A stretch of 64,000 bases of DNA. It comes from an uncultured Candidatus Saccharibacteria bacterium. GTDB taxonomy: Bacteria > Patescibacteriota > Saccharimonadia > CAILAD01 > BJGX01. The stretch's first letter is position 1; each line of letters opens with the position of its first letter. Under the pieces are notes generated by a model, which had not been told where the DNA came from, made no database searches, and was given only the letters and a program-made list of their open reading frames with translations. The stretch is from assembly GCA_964512085.1 (NCBI GenBank), contig CAZEIU010000001.1, positions 7,647 through 71,646 on the forward strand. Reading direction: 5' to 3'. A program made the translations under genes and the position numbers. Of this stretch, positions 55,802 through 64,000 are shown piece by piece.

Positions 55802-57054
55802 TAGATCTTCATTTCTTTAAATGCCCAAATCAATACCTCTAGCATATCACTGTAGCTAATATTCTTACTTGGGCTGTATAAATAAAGTACGTTATCTACA
55901 ACCTCAATATTTATCTCAAACTCTAAGCCGTAAATTCTCTCCATAAAGTTTGTTGCCAGCAGCTCAAAGCTAGTGGCTTGATCTTGATTGGCCGCCCAAA
56001 CAGCAAATTTCTTATTAAACTCAACGCTCTCGGTCTCAATCTTATTTAGGCCCTTAGCTTTGGGCTTAAAACCATACCAACTTTTTTCTGTTACTAAGAT
56101 ATCGTCGTAGCTTTTGGGCAAAATTGCTTGGGCTACTGCAAAAGGCTGCATACCTACGCCAGCCCTTGGCTCATAGCTATAAAACTCCACAATAATGTCT
56201 TTATAATAACCAATAACATGGTTATTGATATCGGCATTGCCAAACCCAGCAGGACCAAATATCGCACCCCTACTTGGCATCATAAGCCAGCCAAAATCTG
56301 GGTCATAATAAAAATTATTCGCGCTAGCAAACTCAGCTATCGAAGTGTCGTATTTTGATGCGTCGGCAGTAGTTTGATCAATTTTGTCTAATACATACTT
56401 ATTTTTTACTTTTACAAAGCTCCAGATTTCTGAAAAAGTACTATTATCAGCGTAAATAGTCTTATTCTCTTTATTATCAATTAACTTGTCTTGCGAGCTG
56501 GCAGTAATAAAAACACTAAAACCTTCATCGTATTGGTTATTTTTTAGTAAGAACACACTACTAATCTTTACGTTTTCCATCTTGTTTTGTCGTTCGTAAT
56601 TTTTGAGTACATTGAGTTCTAACACCATCTTTTTGTAATAATCACTCGAGGTAAACTTCTCGATCGAGCCTAGATCAAAATTAGACCAAGCCGATTGAAA
56701 AGCCAAAAATACCTCACGCGACCTTCGAGCCAGTTTTTTCTCTTCTTCGCTACCATCTTTTTCTGGATCGATATAGCCTGCAGGCACACTTGTAGCCGTA
56801 CTATATTTGCCCTTGCTCAGTTTGAGCACCAACACCACAAATAAAATTGGTACGCCAGCAAATAGCAAAATAAAAAACAATGTCCAATACCATGGGCCAT
56901 CGATACTGCCCGACGAACCGGCACTACTACGACTATAAGAGGAGCTACTTGAATGGCTACTACTCGAGCTAGAGTGACCACCGCTACTTGAGCTTCCGCC
57001 TCCTCCCGCACGGGCTAAATACCATGTATTATTGTTTTTTATCAGCTCATGCAT
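55801..57054 (-). CDS. membrane protein with Tim44-like and DUF3137-like domains
   Basis: ARAGGGGS + Ser-rich + TM, F...Q.AW, F.EIW.F, TESVEFNKKF.V. Confidence 0.7.
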   Translation of the reverse strand: MHELIKNNNTWYLARAGGGGSSSSGGHSSSSSSHSSSSSYSRSSAGSSGSIDGPWYWTLFFILLFAGVPILFVVLVLKLSKGKYSTATSVPAGYIDPEKDGSEEEKKLARRSREVFLAFQSAWSNFDLGSIEKFTSSDYYKKMVLELNVLKNYERQNKMENVKISSVFLLKNNQYDEGFSVFITASSQDKLIDNKENKTIYADNSTFSEIWSFVKVKNKYVLDKIDQTTADASKYDTSIAEFASANNFYYDPDFGWLMMPSRGAIFGPAGFGNADINNHVIGYYKDIIVEFYSYEPRAGVGMQPFAVAQAILPKSYDDILVTEKSWYGFKPKAKGLNKIETESVEFNKKFAVWAANQDQATSFELLATNFMERIYGLEFEINIEVVDNVLYLYSPSKNISYSDMLEVLIWAFKEMKI

Positions 57055-57106
57055 AATTATTTATTATAACAGCGCACCATACAAAACAAACTATCTTAAA
57101 ATTACA

Positions 57107-57541
57107 TTACTTGGCTATTTTGTTGAGTTTGTGTTGAAAATACAACGTAGTAATAAGGTAGGGGATATAATATGTAGAAACCAGCGCCACTATTCCAATT
57201 GGGTCGACATAACTAATATTGGCTTGTTGCCCTGTTAGTAAATAAACCAATCCCACATATACAGCGAGTAATATTAGAGGTAAAAAGAAGGCTAAACCTA
57301 CAGAAATATCACCCTTAGTAGCTTTATTGAGTGACTTGCTCAATCTATACCACCACCACAAATTAATTGGCGAAATAAAAAACCATAAGTACAGTGGTAC
57401 ATTGGGCTCTCGTTTGTTTATTACGTTGAGCTCAGTTTTTGTGACGTAATACCAGTAAAACTCATAAAGACCAAAAGTAACGATGTTTAATAGAACAATA
57501 ATTGGTAGTGATCTATGTCTCATATTATTAGCATACTCCAA
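57107..57541 (-). CDS. DUF4234-like membrane protein
   Basis: LL.IVTFGLY..YWYY, FQ.KLN; the true start may be 57523. Confidence 0.8.
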   Translation of the reverse strand: MEYANNMRHRSLPIIVLLNIVTFGLYEFYWYYVTKTELNVINKREPNVPLYLWFFISPINLWWWYRLSKSLNKATKGDISVGLAFFLPLILLAVYVGLVYLLTGQQANISYVDPIGIVALVSTYYIPYLITTLYFQHKLNKIAK

Positions 57542-58007
57542 GATTACGCTTATGCAAATACTGTTGATGATATTCTTCGGCCTGCCAAAACGTAGTTGCT
57601 GGCACTACTTGAGTAACTACCTTGTTTTTGTATTTTTTAGACTTATTTAGTGCTTTTATTCTTGCCTCAGCTTCTTTCTTTTGATTATCGTTGTGGTAAA
57701 ACACCACGCTTCTATAGTTATAACCCACATCTAAGCCCTGCCTGTTTAGCTGGGTTGGGTCATGATTCTCAAAAAATATGTCAAGCAGCTCTTTGTAGCT
57801 TATCTTATTAGCATCAAACTCTACCCTCACAGTTTCGGCATGGCCAGTTGTATGAGAACAGACTTGCTCATAGGTAGGGTTGTCTACGTGCCCACCCTCG
57901 TAACCAACGGTGGTTTTTAATACCCCTTTGGTATTACGAAAAACTTCTTCTACTCCCCAAAAACATCCACCACCAAAGTCAGCTATTTGAGATTGTATTT
58001 TATTCAC
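57528..58007 (-). CDS. msrA: peptide methionine sulfoxide reductase A
   Basis: GGCFWG, PTYEQVC..TGHAE, HDPTQ.NRQG, AEEYHQQY. Confidence 0.97.
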   Translation of the reverse strand: MNKIQSQIADFGGGCFWGVEEVFRNTKGVLKTTVGYEGGHVDNPTYEQVCSHTTGHAETVRVEFDANKISYKELLDIFFENHDPTQLNRQGLDVGYNYRSVVFYHNDNQKKEAEARIKALNKSKKYKNKVVTQVVPATTFWQAEEYHQQYLHKRNLGVC

Positions 58008-58536
58008 TAAAGTCTCCTTTGGGCAACGGTTTGATATTGATATTTCTAATTTGATTTACAGAAACTAATGTTCTAAGTATGCTCAACCCATGGTCTTTTG
58101 TAGTGTTGATTTGCTTAAAAGTATCACCATCTACAAAAAAGACCTGCACACCATACTCAAGCATTGCCTCCAACCCAGAATCAAAAACTTTTTTCGATAT
58201 AGGCATTACTGACACTCTACTCGTCCATTCATCGTTAGCGCCACCCCTAATTTCATTAATAAAACTATCACTTGGCAACTTATAGATGGCTCCACCCTTG
58301 TCTTGACCTTCAAATCTACTTTTATCTGATATTATCATTGTCTGAACGTCATTAAAAGCGCTTTTTTGTGTCCAACTATCGTCGGTTTTTACTATAAAAC
58401 AAGCCGCCGAATCTACATGTGGAGTTGCAAAAACTACCGGTCCCTCGCTAGAGTCTCTCACTTGCTCGGCACGAGGTTCAAAAACCGTAATCTTTTTATT
58501 CTCCGAGGCATGGTACAAATATTCTGGTTTATTCAT
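58000..58536 (-). CDS. hypothetical protein (weakly ART-like YHAS...VFAT...EW)
   Basis: YLYHAS...FEPR, VFAT, GAIY.L, EW.S. Confidence 0.65.
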   Translation of the reverse strand: MNKPEYLYHASENKKITVFEPRAEQVRDSSEGPVVFATPHVDSAACFIVKTDDSWTQKSAFNDVQTMIISDKSRFEGQDKGGAIYKLPSDSFINEIRGGANDEWTSRVSVMPISKKVFDSGLEAMLEYGVQVFFVDGDTFKQINTTKDHGLSILRTLVSVNQIRNINIKPLPKGDFSE

Positions 58537-58846
58537 TGGTAACTTTTTGGGCGTCAAAATGTTCTCTTAAGCTCGCGAGCCTTTTCTCAAATAATTGCTC
58601 GGCGTCGACACTAAACAAATTAGCCAATCTGTAGCCGTGAGCCAACAAATCTGGTATTGCTTCATTGATCACTTTTTCTTGTTCGGCCGAGTCGGTGTGA
58701 TCATATACATCCGTATACTCACCAATTTTTCCTAGTAATTTGTTTAAATGACCAACTATATGATGAATGTTGTCTATTTTTGGCTTATCATACAAATCCC
58801 AATACTTTTTGTCGTACTGTTCGATTTCTTTTTGAAGTTTGTTCAT
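58529..58846 (-). CDS. MazG-like all-alpha protein
   Basis: H....LG...E, E.IPDL......LA.....D.E. Confidence 0.55.
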   Translation of the reverse strand: MNKLQKEIEQYDKKYWDLYDKPKIDNIHHIVGHLNKLLGKIGEYTDVYDHTDSAEQEKVINEAIPDLLAHGYRLANLFSVDAEQLFEKRLASLREHFDAQKVTNE

Positions 58847-58905
58847 TATTTAATTATATAACAAACTAATTTGCTACAATAAATATATAAACAAGGATAA
58901 ATTAT

Positions 58906-59577
58906 ATGGTATTAAAAGCAATAATACTTAATTGCACACTCAAAAAATCACCTCGCAAATCAAACACCGAGGCGCTAATAGACAAGGCTGTTGCAGAGTA
59001 TCAAAAACTAGGCGTAGAAACTGAGGTAGTAAGAGTAATTGACTACAATATTCCATTTGGAATCAATTCTGACGAGGGTGATGGCGACGAGTGGCCCAAA
59101 ATAAACGACAAGATTAAAGACGCCAATATACTTATTATTGGTAGCCCGATATGGTTTGGTGTGCGTGGCTCAGTTACGCAAATGGTAATGGAGCGGTTAA
59201 GCGGTGGCTACGACGAAGCCAATGAACAAAATGGTCAATTTCCTCTTTATAACAAAGTAGGCGCTACTATTGTTACTGGCAATGAAGACGGCGCTCACAA
59301 CGTGGCTGCCAACACCTTATTTAATCTCACTCACCTTGGCGCTACTATTGCACCGAACTCTGATAGCTACTGGGTAGGTGATGCTGGCCCGGGCCCAAGC
59401 TACATAGAGATAGGCCAAGATCATCTTTATACCAATAGAACCGTTTTGTATTTGGTACACAACACAGTCTATATGGCCAACTTGCTAGCCAACAATCCTA
59501 TTGATACCAACCTCAAAGAGCTAGATGAACAAGCCAAGAGTATTAGCAAAGACACCAAAAAACATATTCGTGAGTAA
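58906..59577 (+). CDS. flavodoxin family / NADPH-dependent FMN reductase-like protein
   Basis: NCTLK.SP..SNT, DEWP, GSPIWFG, ERL, VTGNEDG, GPGPSY. Confidence 0.9.
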   Translation: MVLKAIILNCTLKKSPRKSNTEALIDKAVAEYQKLGVETEVVRVIDYNIPFGINSDEGDGDEWPKINDKIKDANILIIGSPIWFGVRGSVTQMVMERLSGGYDEANEQNGQFPLYNKVGATIVTGNEDGAHNVAANTLFNLTHLGATIAPNSDSYWVGDAGPGPSYIEIGQDHLYTNRTVLYLVHNTVYMANLLANNPIDTNLKELDEQAKSISKDTKKHIRE

Positions 59578-60168
59578 CTATCTTATATTAACTTTTGCAA
59601 CTTTTCTTCTACCATAAAAGTACAACAACAATTCTCCGGCTGTTCCAGATATAGTAACCACTTTGTTGCGTTTATTAAAGCGTAGTTTTATTACCTCTTC
59701 GGTTTGAGAGTTTACAAAATCAACATTGCCAATATCACTTACCAAATTTTTTCTAATTTTTGACATACTTTTTAGGCTTTTCCATAAGATGCTATTATCT
59801 TGATTGCTAGGTTTTGGTCGACTCATGCTTAATGCTCCACGTAAAAAATCCTCGTTGTGCACCCAAAACTCAGCTGTGTTTACACTTGCTGGCATGTACC
59901 ATGGATATTTTTTAAGCTTACGCAATATATAATCATGACCATGCGATTTTACTCGTTCTATTCTTTTATCGTGAAGCTTTTGCAAACTCGGTACCACTAA
60001 GCCAATTCCTCCAATTAAACTTCGTTCACGAGTTACTAAATGTGCAGCCAAGTCTTCTACCATCCAGCCTGCGCACAACGTTTTGGCGCCCCATTGTTCT
60101 GGCTTGAGATTCTTAAGCAGATTATAAGTAAACTGCCGCTCAGATTTTACAAATTGTTTATTTGTCAT
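59578..60168 (-). CDS. TIGR03085/MDMPI-family metal-binding protein
   Basis: TLCAGW...DLAAHLV.RE, N..EFWVHNED, GELLL...GR. Confidence 0.85.
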   Translation of the reverse strand: MTNKQFVKSERQFTYNLLKNLKPEQWGAKTLCAGWMVEDLAAHLVTRERSLIGGIGLVVPSLQKLHDKRIERVKSHGHDYILRKLKKYPWYMPASVNTAEFWVHNEDFLRGALSMSRPKPSNQDNSILWKSLKSMSKIRKNLVSDIGNVDFVNSQTEEVIKLRFNKRNKVVTISGTAGELLLYFYGRRKVAKVNIR

Positions 60169-60202
60169 AATGTTATTCTACATGTAGTGATACAATAAAC
60201 CT

Positions 60203-60580
60203 ATGAACAAAGAAGATTTGAAGAAAAAGTTAGACCCTCTTGCCTATGAGGTTACTCAAAATAAAGCTACAGAGGAGCCTTTTACTGGCAAGTATGTAAA
60301 CGAACATGCCGATGGCAGTTATCATTGTGTAGTCTGTGGCCAAAAACTGTTTGAAAGTGGTACCAAGTTCGATAGCGGTAGTGGTTGGCCAAGTTTTGAC
60401 GACGCTGTGCCTGGGTCTGTAAAGTTGTTGCCAGACAATTCACACAGCATGCAACGAACTGAAGTAATTTGTAGTAAATGTGGGGCTCATCTTGGTCATC
60501 TGTTTGATGATGGGCCAAAAGAAACTACCGGGCAAAGATATTGTATTAACTCTTGCGCTCTAGATTTAAAAAATAAATAG
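60203..60580 (+). CDS. msrB: peptide methionine sulfoxide reductase B
   Basis: TE.PFTG, CVVC, SG.GWPSF, HLGH.F.DGP, RYCINS. Confidence 0.97.
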   Translation: MNKEDLKKKLDPLAYEVTQNKATEEPFTGKYVNEHADGSYHCVVCGQKLFESGTKFDSGSGWPSFDDAVPGSVKLLPDNSHSMQRTEVICSKCGAHLGHLFDDGPKETTGQRYCINSCALDLKNK

Positions 60581-60585
60581 TAAAA

Positions 60586-60993
60586 CTAATATTTAATATT
60601 TTGATCTTTTAATTGATCAACAAACGGTTTACTTTTGAGATATTTAAGAGTTTGTAACCCAACAGTGTTTGCAGCAACAAGATTGTCACTTAAATCGTCG
60701 ACAAACAAAACTTCTTGAGTTTTTAGTTCTAGGCCATTTACAACGGTTTCGTATATACCTGGGTCGGTTTTGGCAAGGCCAAGCTCTGCAGTAGTTTTAA
60801 CAAAAGTAAAATACTTATCTATATTTCTTTTTTTAAACCATTCTTCTAGATCAGAGTTTACTGCCGACAAAACTCCAAAACCAATTTTTCGATAGTTGGT
60901 TTTTGCAAAATCAATAATATCTAAGTTTAGCTCATCTTTGTTGGCAAAATACAAAACGTTATAAAAATCTAAGATAACAAATTTTATTTTCAT
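60586..60993 (-). CDS. small HAD-family hydrolase
   Basis: LDFYNVL, K.DP.IY, FVDD...N..AA...G. Confidence 0.8.
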   Translation of the reverse strand: MKIKFVILDFYNVLYFANKDELNLDIIDFAKTNYRKIGFGVLSAVNSDLEEWFKKRNIDKYFTFVKTTAELGLAKTDPGIYETVVNGLELKTQEVLFVDDLSDNLVAANTVGLQTLKYLKSKPFVDQLKDQNIKY

Positions 60994-62780
60994 AGTGTTT
61001 CTAGTTGCGTTTGCCACTGCTTAATTATTTCAAAACTACTGTTCCAAAAGTTTGCGTCTTCTATATCCACACCTACCTCGCTTAGTATTTTTGCTGGCTC
61101 TTGTGATCCACCAGCAGTCAATATTTTTTCTAACTTAGGTATAAAACTTTGACCTTCTTTTTTGTACATTCCATACAAAGACAAACTAAGTAATTCACCA
61201 AAATTATATGCATAGCAATAAAAAGGCGTTTGATGAATGTGAGGTATATAAGCCCATTCGTGTCTAAACATTTTATCGACTTCTACGCTATCACCGTATT
61301 GTTCGGCAAGAGTATCGAGCCACAACTGTGAAATTTCTGGCTCGGTGGCACCTTTGGCAAAAAGATTATGGGCATTAATCTCAAACTTAATAAAGTAGTT
61401 TTGACGAATTATGCTTGCATAGCTATCGGCAATCTTGCTCGCCAAAAGGTATTTTTTTTGTTCTACATCGGTAGTTGTTTTTAGTAACCTCTCAAATAAA
61501 ATCATTTCTCCAAATGTTGAGGCCGTTTCGGCAAGCGGTAAAGTAGCGTGTTGAGCCGAGATAGTATGTTGCTCGGCATAGATAGAATGTATGCCATGAC
61601 CAAACTCATGCGCAATAGTACTCACATCTCTACTTTTGCCTGCAAAGTTTAATAGAATATATGGCTTAATACTTGGAGCAACCGTAACACAAAAGGCGCC
61701 ATCTCTTTTGCTACTGCTTGGATGTGAATCAACATGATTTGCGTCAACTATTTGCTTGGCTTTATCGGCAAAATCCTGACTAAAATCAGTGTAAGATTCA
61801 AGCACCAAATTTAATGCCGACTGGTAGTCAAACTGCATTTTGTCCTCTCCAATAGGTGCATAAATATCAAAGCGTGTGAGTTTATCTAAGCCAAGATATT
61901 TGGCTTTGTATCGAAAGAAGTTCTGAAAAATATCTACATTATTCTCGCAAACGTGCATAAGAGTTTCTATTGCCTTGTCTGTTACATCATTGGCCGCATT
62001 TCGCATACTTATAGGCGATTCATAGCCTCTAAGCCTAGCTGTATAATCCCAATCTTTGGCAATTGCCTGATATATAATAAATAGTTTTTCAATATTTTTT
62101 GTAAATTGCTCGCTTCGGGCTCTATAGGCTTCGGCCCTCACGGCTGGGTCGGGCGAATCTGTGAGAGCGTTTATTTCTGCTAGAGTTTCTTTAATTTGTT
62201 TTTTCTGTCCAGGTAAGCGCAAATGAAACTCAAATTCGGTTGTAATAATATCTCTTAAATCATTGATTACAGAAACACCATTTACACTTTTACCCAGCAA
62301 AATATTCTCAGACTTGTCATCTAAGCTGTATTTAGCGAGCTTACGACCGCGATGCAGAGCATACTGTAAATCTCCAGCACTAGCAAAGAGTCGTTCTGCG
62401 TTTTGGTCATCTAGGATGTCTTTGCCTTCTACTGCTAATCCTTTGCGCCATGAATTAATTTTTTGGAGCTTCTCAGAGGCAAACATGTCTAGGTCATTAA
62501 CTAAATTCTTGAGTTTAGTTGCTTCTGAGTCTTTGGTGTTTGTCGACTCCATTAGATATGAACGGCACTCAAGCCTAGCCATACCTTCGGTAATATCATC
62601 TATTTGCCGTAAAAGACTACTAAAGTCTTCTGTAGACATGTCTTTATTGACAGTTGCATCAAAAAACTCTTCTAGCTTATCAACTTTTTGTTTGATTTCA
62701 TCATAAAGTACTGGCCACTTCTCAAGAGAAATAATTTCATCTAAGTTCCAGCTCTTAACTAGAGATTTTGTTTTTTTCAT
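60990..62780 (-). CDS. pepF: M3 family oligoendopeptidase F
   Basis: KR.GAFC, HEFGH, LAETAS.F.E, W..IPH, FY.YAY.FG. Confidence 0.93.
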   Translation of the reverse strand: MKKTKSLVKSWNLDEIISLEKWPVLYDEIKQKVDKLEEFFDATVNKDMSTEDFSSLLRQIDDITEGMARLECRSYLMESTNTKDSEATKLKNLVNDLDMFASEKLQKINSWRKGLAVEGKDILDDQNAERLFASAGDLQYALHRGRKLAKYSLDDKSENILLGKSVNGVSVINDLRDIITTEFEFHLRLPGQKKQIKETLAEINALTDSPDPAVRAEAYRARSEQFTKNIEKLFIIYQAIAKDWDYTARLRGYESPISMRNAANDVTDKAIETLMHVCENNVDIFQNFFRYKAKYLGLDKLTRFDIYAPIGEDKMQFDYQSALNLVLESYTDFSQDFADKAKQIVDANHVDSHPSSSKRDGAFCVTVAPSIKPYILLNFAGKSRDVSTIAHEFGHGIHSIYAEQHTISAQHATLPLAETASTFGEMILFERLLKTTTDVEQKKYLLASKIADSYASIIRQNYFIKFEINAHNLFAKGATEPEISQLWLDTLAEQYGDSVEVDKMFRHEWAYIPHIHQTPFYCYAYNFGELLSLSLYGMYKKEGQSFIPKLEKILTAGGSQEPAKILSEVGVDIEDANFWNSSFEIIKQWQTQLETL

Positions 62781-62829
62781 GTCTACTATTGTAACTCAAA
62801 ATTCAATTCTTAGTTACCTTAAAAACAAA

Positions 62830-63969
62830 CTAGCGTACCGACTTATAGCCACCAGGTACACCATTTTGGCTGTATACAATTTGCCATAGCTGTAGACCAC
62901 GAGCTCTAAACTTAGCAGCGCAGACCAATAAATAGAATTCCCACATGCGTCTGAATCTTTCATCATATTTGTCGTGATCAAGTTTGGGGTAAGATTTTTG
63001 AAAATTGTCGTTCCACGCCATTAGAGTAGGGTCATAATTAGCCCCCATATTGTGCCAGTCTTCCATTACAAACTTACCTTCGGTAGCAGTAGCAATTTGC
63101 TTAATAGAAGGCAATACGCCACCCGGAAAAATATATTTATCTATCCATGGATCGGTAGCCGTAACACTTTTGTTGCCCCCAATGGTATGCAATATAAACA
63201 AACCATCGTCTTTTAATAGACTCTTCATTTTACTCAAGAATTTTTCATAGTTCTTGGGGCCAATGTGTTCCATTACTCCAATTGCGGCAATTCTATCAAA
63301 CTTGGTTTTGCCCGAATAATCTTGATAGGTAGTAAGAATAGGCTTCACCTTGAGGCCTTTGGCGTGTTGTTTTATATAATCAATCTGCTCGTGTGCGGGA
63401 GTAAAGCAGACAACCTCGCAACCATATTTTTTAGCCATGTGCATTGCAAGTCCACCCCAGCCACAGCCCACATCGAGTACTTTCATGCCTTTTTTGAGGT
63501 TTAGTTTTTCGCAAATCAAATCATACTTGTCTGTCTGGGCTTGATCTAAATTTTTTGCTCCTCTATCCCAATAAGCACAGGTATAGGCCATAGTTTTGCC
63601 AAGCATCGGTTCGTATAAGTCATTACCAATATCATAATGGCTTTGGGCATTCTTATAAGCTTTTTTGCCAATTTGATGATTCTTAAGTTTAGCTCCAACA
63701 TAAAATGCGGCCAGCTTAAGCTTGATAGCAGAAGATAATTTTTTATCTACATCGACACTAAAGGCCTTATAAAACATTTTGTCGAGTTTTTTTACTCTCC
63801 ACCAACCATCCATGTAGCTCTCGCCCACCCCCATACTGCCTTCTGCAAAAATACGTTCATATAGTCTCTCGTCCAATACTTTAATATCGTGGTCGCGAGT
63901 TCCATTTATCTTAATATCTGCATAATTCAAAAGCTGTTGAGCTTTCTTCTTGTGTTCTGAACTTGCCAT
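62830..63969 (-). CDS. cfa: cyclopropane fatty acyl phospholipid synthase
   Basis: HYDIGNDLY, YTCAYW, LDVGCGWG, WIDKYIFPGG, RMWEFYL, QLWQ. Confidence 0.96.
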   Translation of the reverse strand: MASSEHKKKAQQLLNYADIKINGTRDHDIKVLDERLYERIFAEGSMGVGESYMDGWWRVKKLDKMFYKAFSVDVDKKLSSAIKLKLAAFYVGAKLKNHQIGKKAYKNAQSHYDIGNDLYEPMLGKTMAYTCAYWDRGAKNLDQAQTDKYDLICEKLNLKKGMKVLDVGCGWGGLAMHMAKKYGCEVVCFTPAHEQIDYIKQHAKGLKVKPILTTYQDYSGKTKFDRIAAIGVMEHIGPKNYEKFLSKMKSLLKDDGLFILHTIGGNKSVTATDPWIDKYIFPGGVLPSIKQIATATEGKFVMEDWHNMGANYDPTLMAWNDNFQKSYPKLDHDKYDERFRRMWEFYLLVCAAKFRARGLQLWQIVYSQNGVPGGYKSVR

Positions 63970-64000
63970 ACTATCCTCTTTTTACTGTTTTTTGATAAAG

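Noticed and set aside
1162-63504. Numerous 60-150 aa ORFs overlapping long genes on the opposite strand or in another frame
   Set aside because: Shadow ORFs of well-supported genes without start signals or motifs.

Overview
AT-rich bacterial chromosome segment whose gene content suggests Patescibacteria/CPR, possibly Saccharimonadia-like. This is inferred from the TrmB-type regulator, degenerate DHH protein, compact RpoD and many small orphans. It uses the standard code 11. Housekeeping genes include yajQ, rodZ, ftsK, rnj, udg, pnp, rpsO, truB, rpsT, holA, mutM, polA, rpoD, dnaG, murE, trhO, pyrH, dus, rarA, msrA/B, pepF and cfa. Most look leaderless, with a -10 box 6-9 nt before the ATG. They are interspersed with self-contained orphan units made of their own -35/-10 promoter, a leader carrying a GYACCY motif, a strong SD and a stereotyped terminator. 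The standout region is 17350-21600 on the minus strand, directly downstream of the TrmB-family gene. It is a GC-rich, mostly non-coding RNA operon. It contains twin tetrapeptide ORFs (MDGI*/MEGI*), a small Zn-ribbon protein, a type III hammerhead ribozyme, a ~620-nt highly structured RNA, a tmRNA with an apparent two-codon tag (Ala-Ala-stop), small ORFs and an atypical tRNA-Lys(UUU). The modules are separated by repeated long hairpins followed by the same GYACCY motif. polA carries an in-frame ~120-bp palindromic element. No CRISPR array, integrase or transposase was seen. All structure and family calls were made by eye, without computation.
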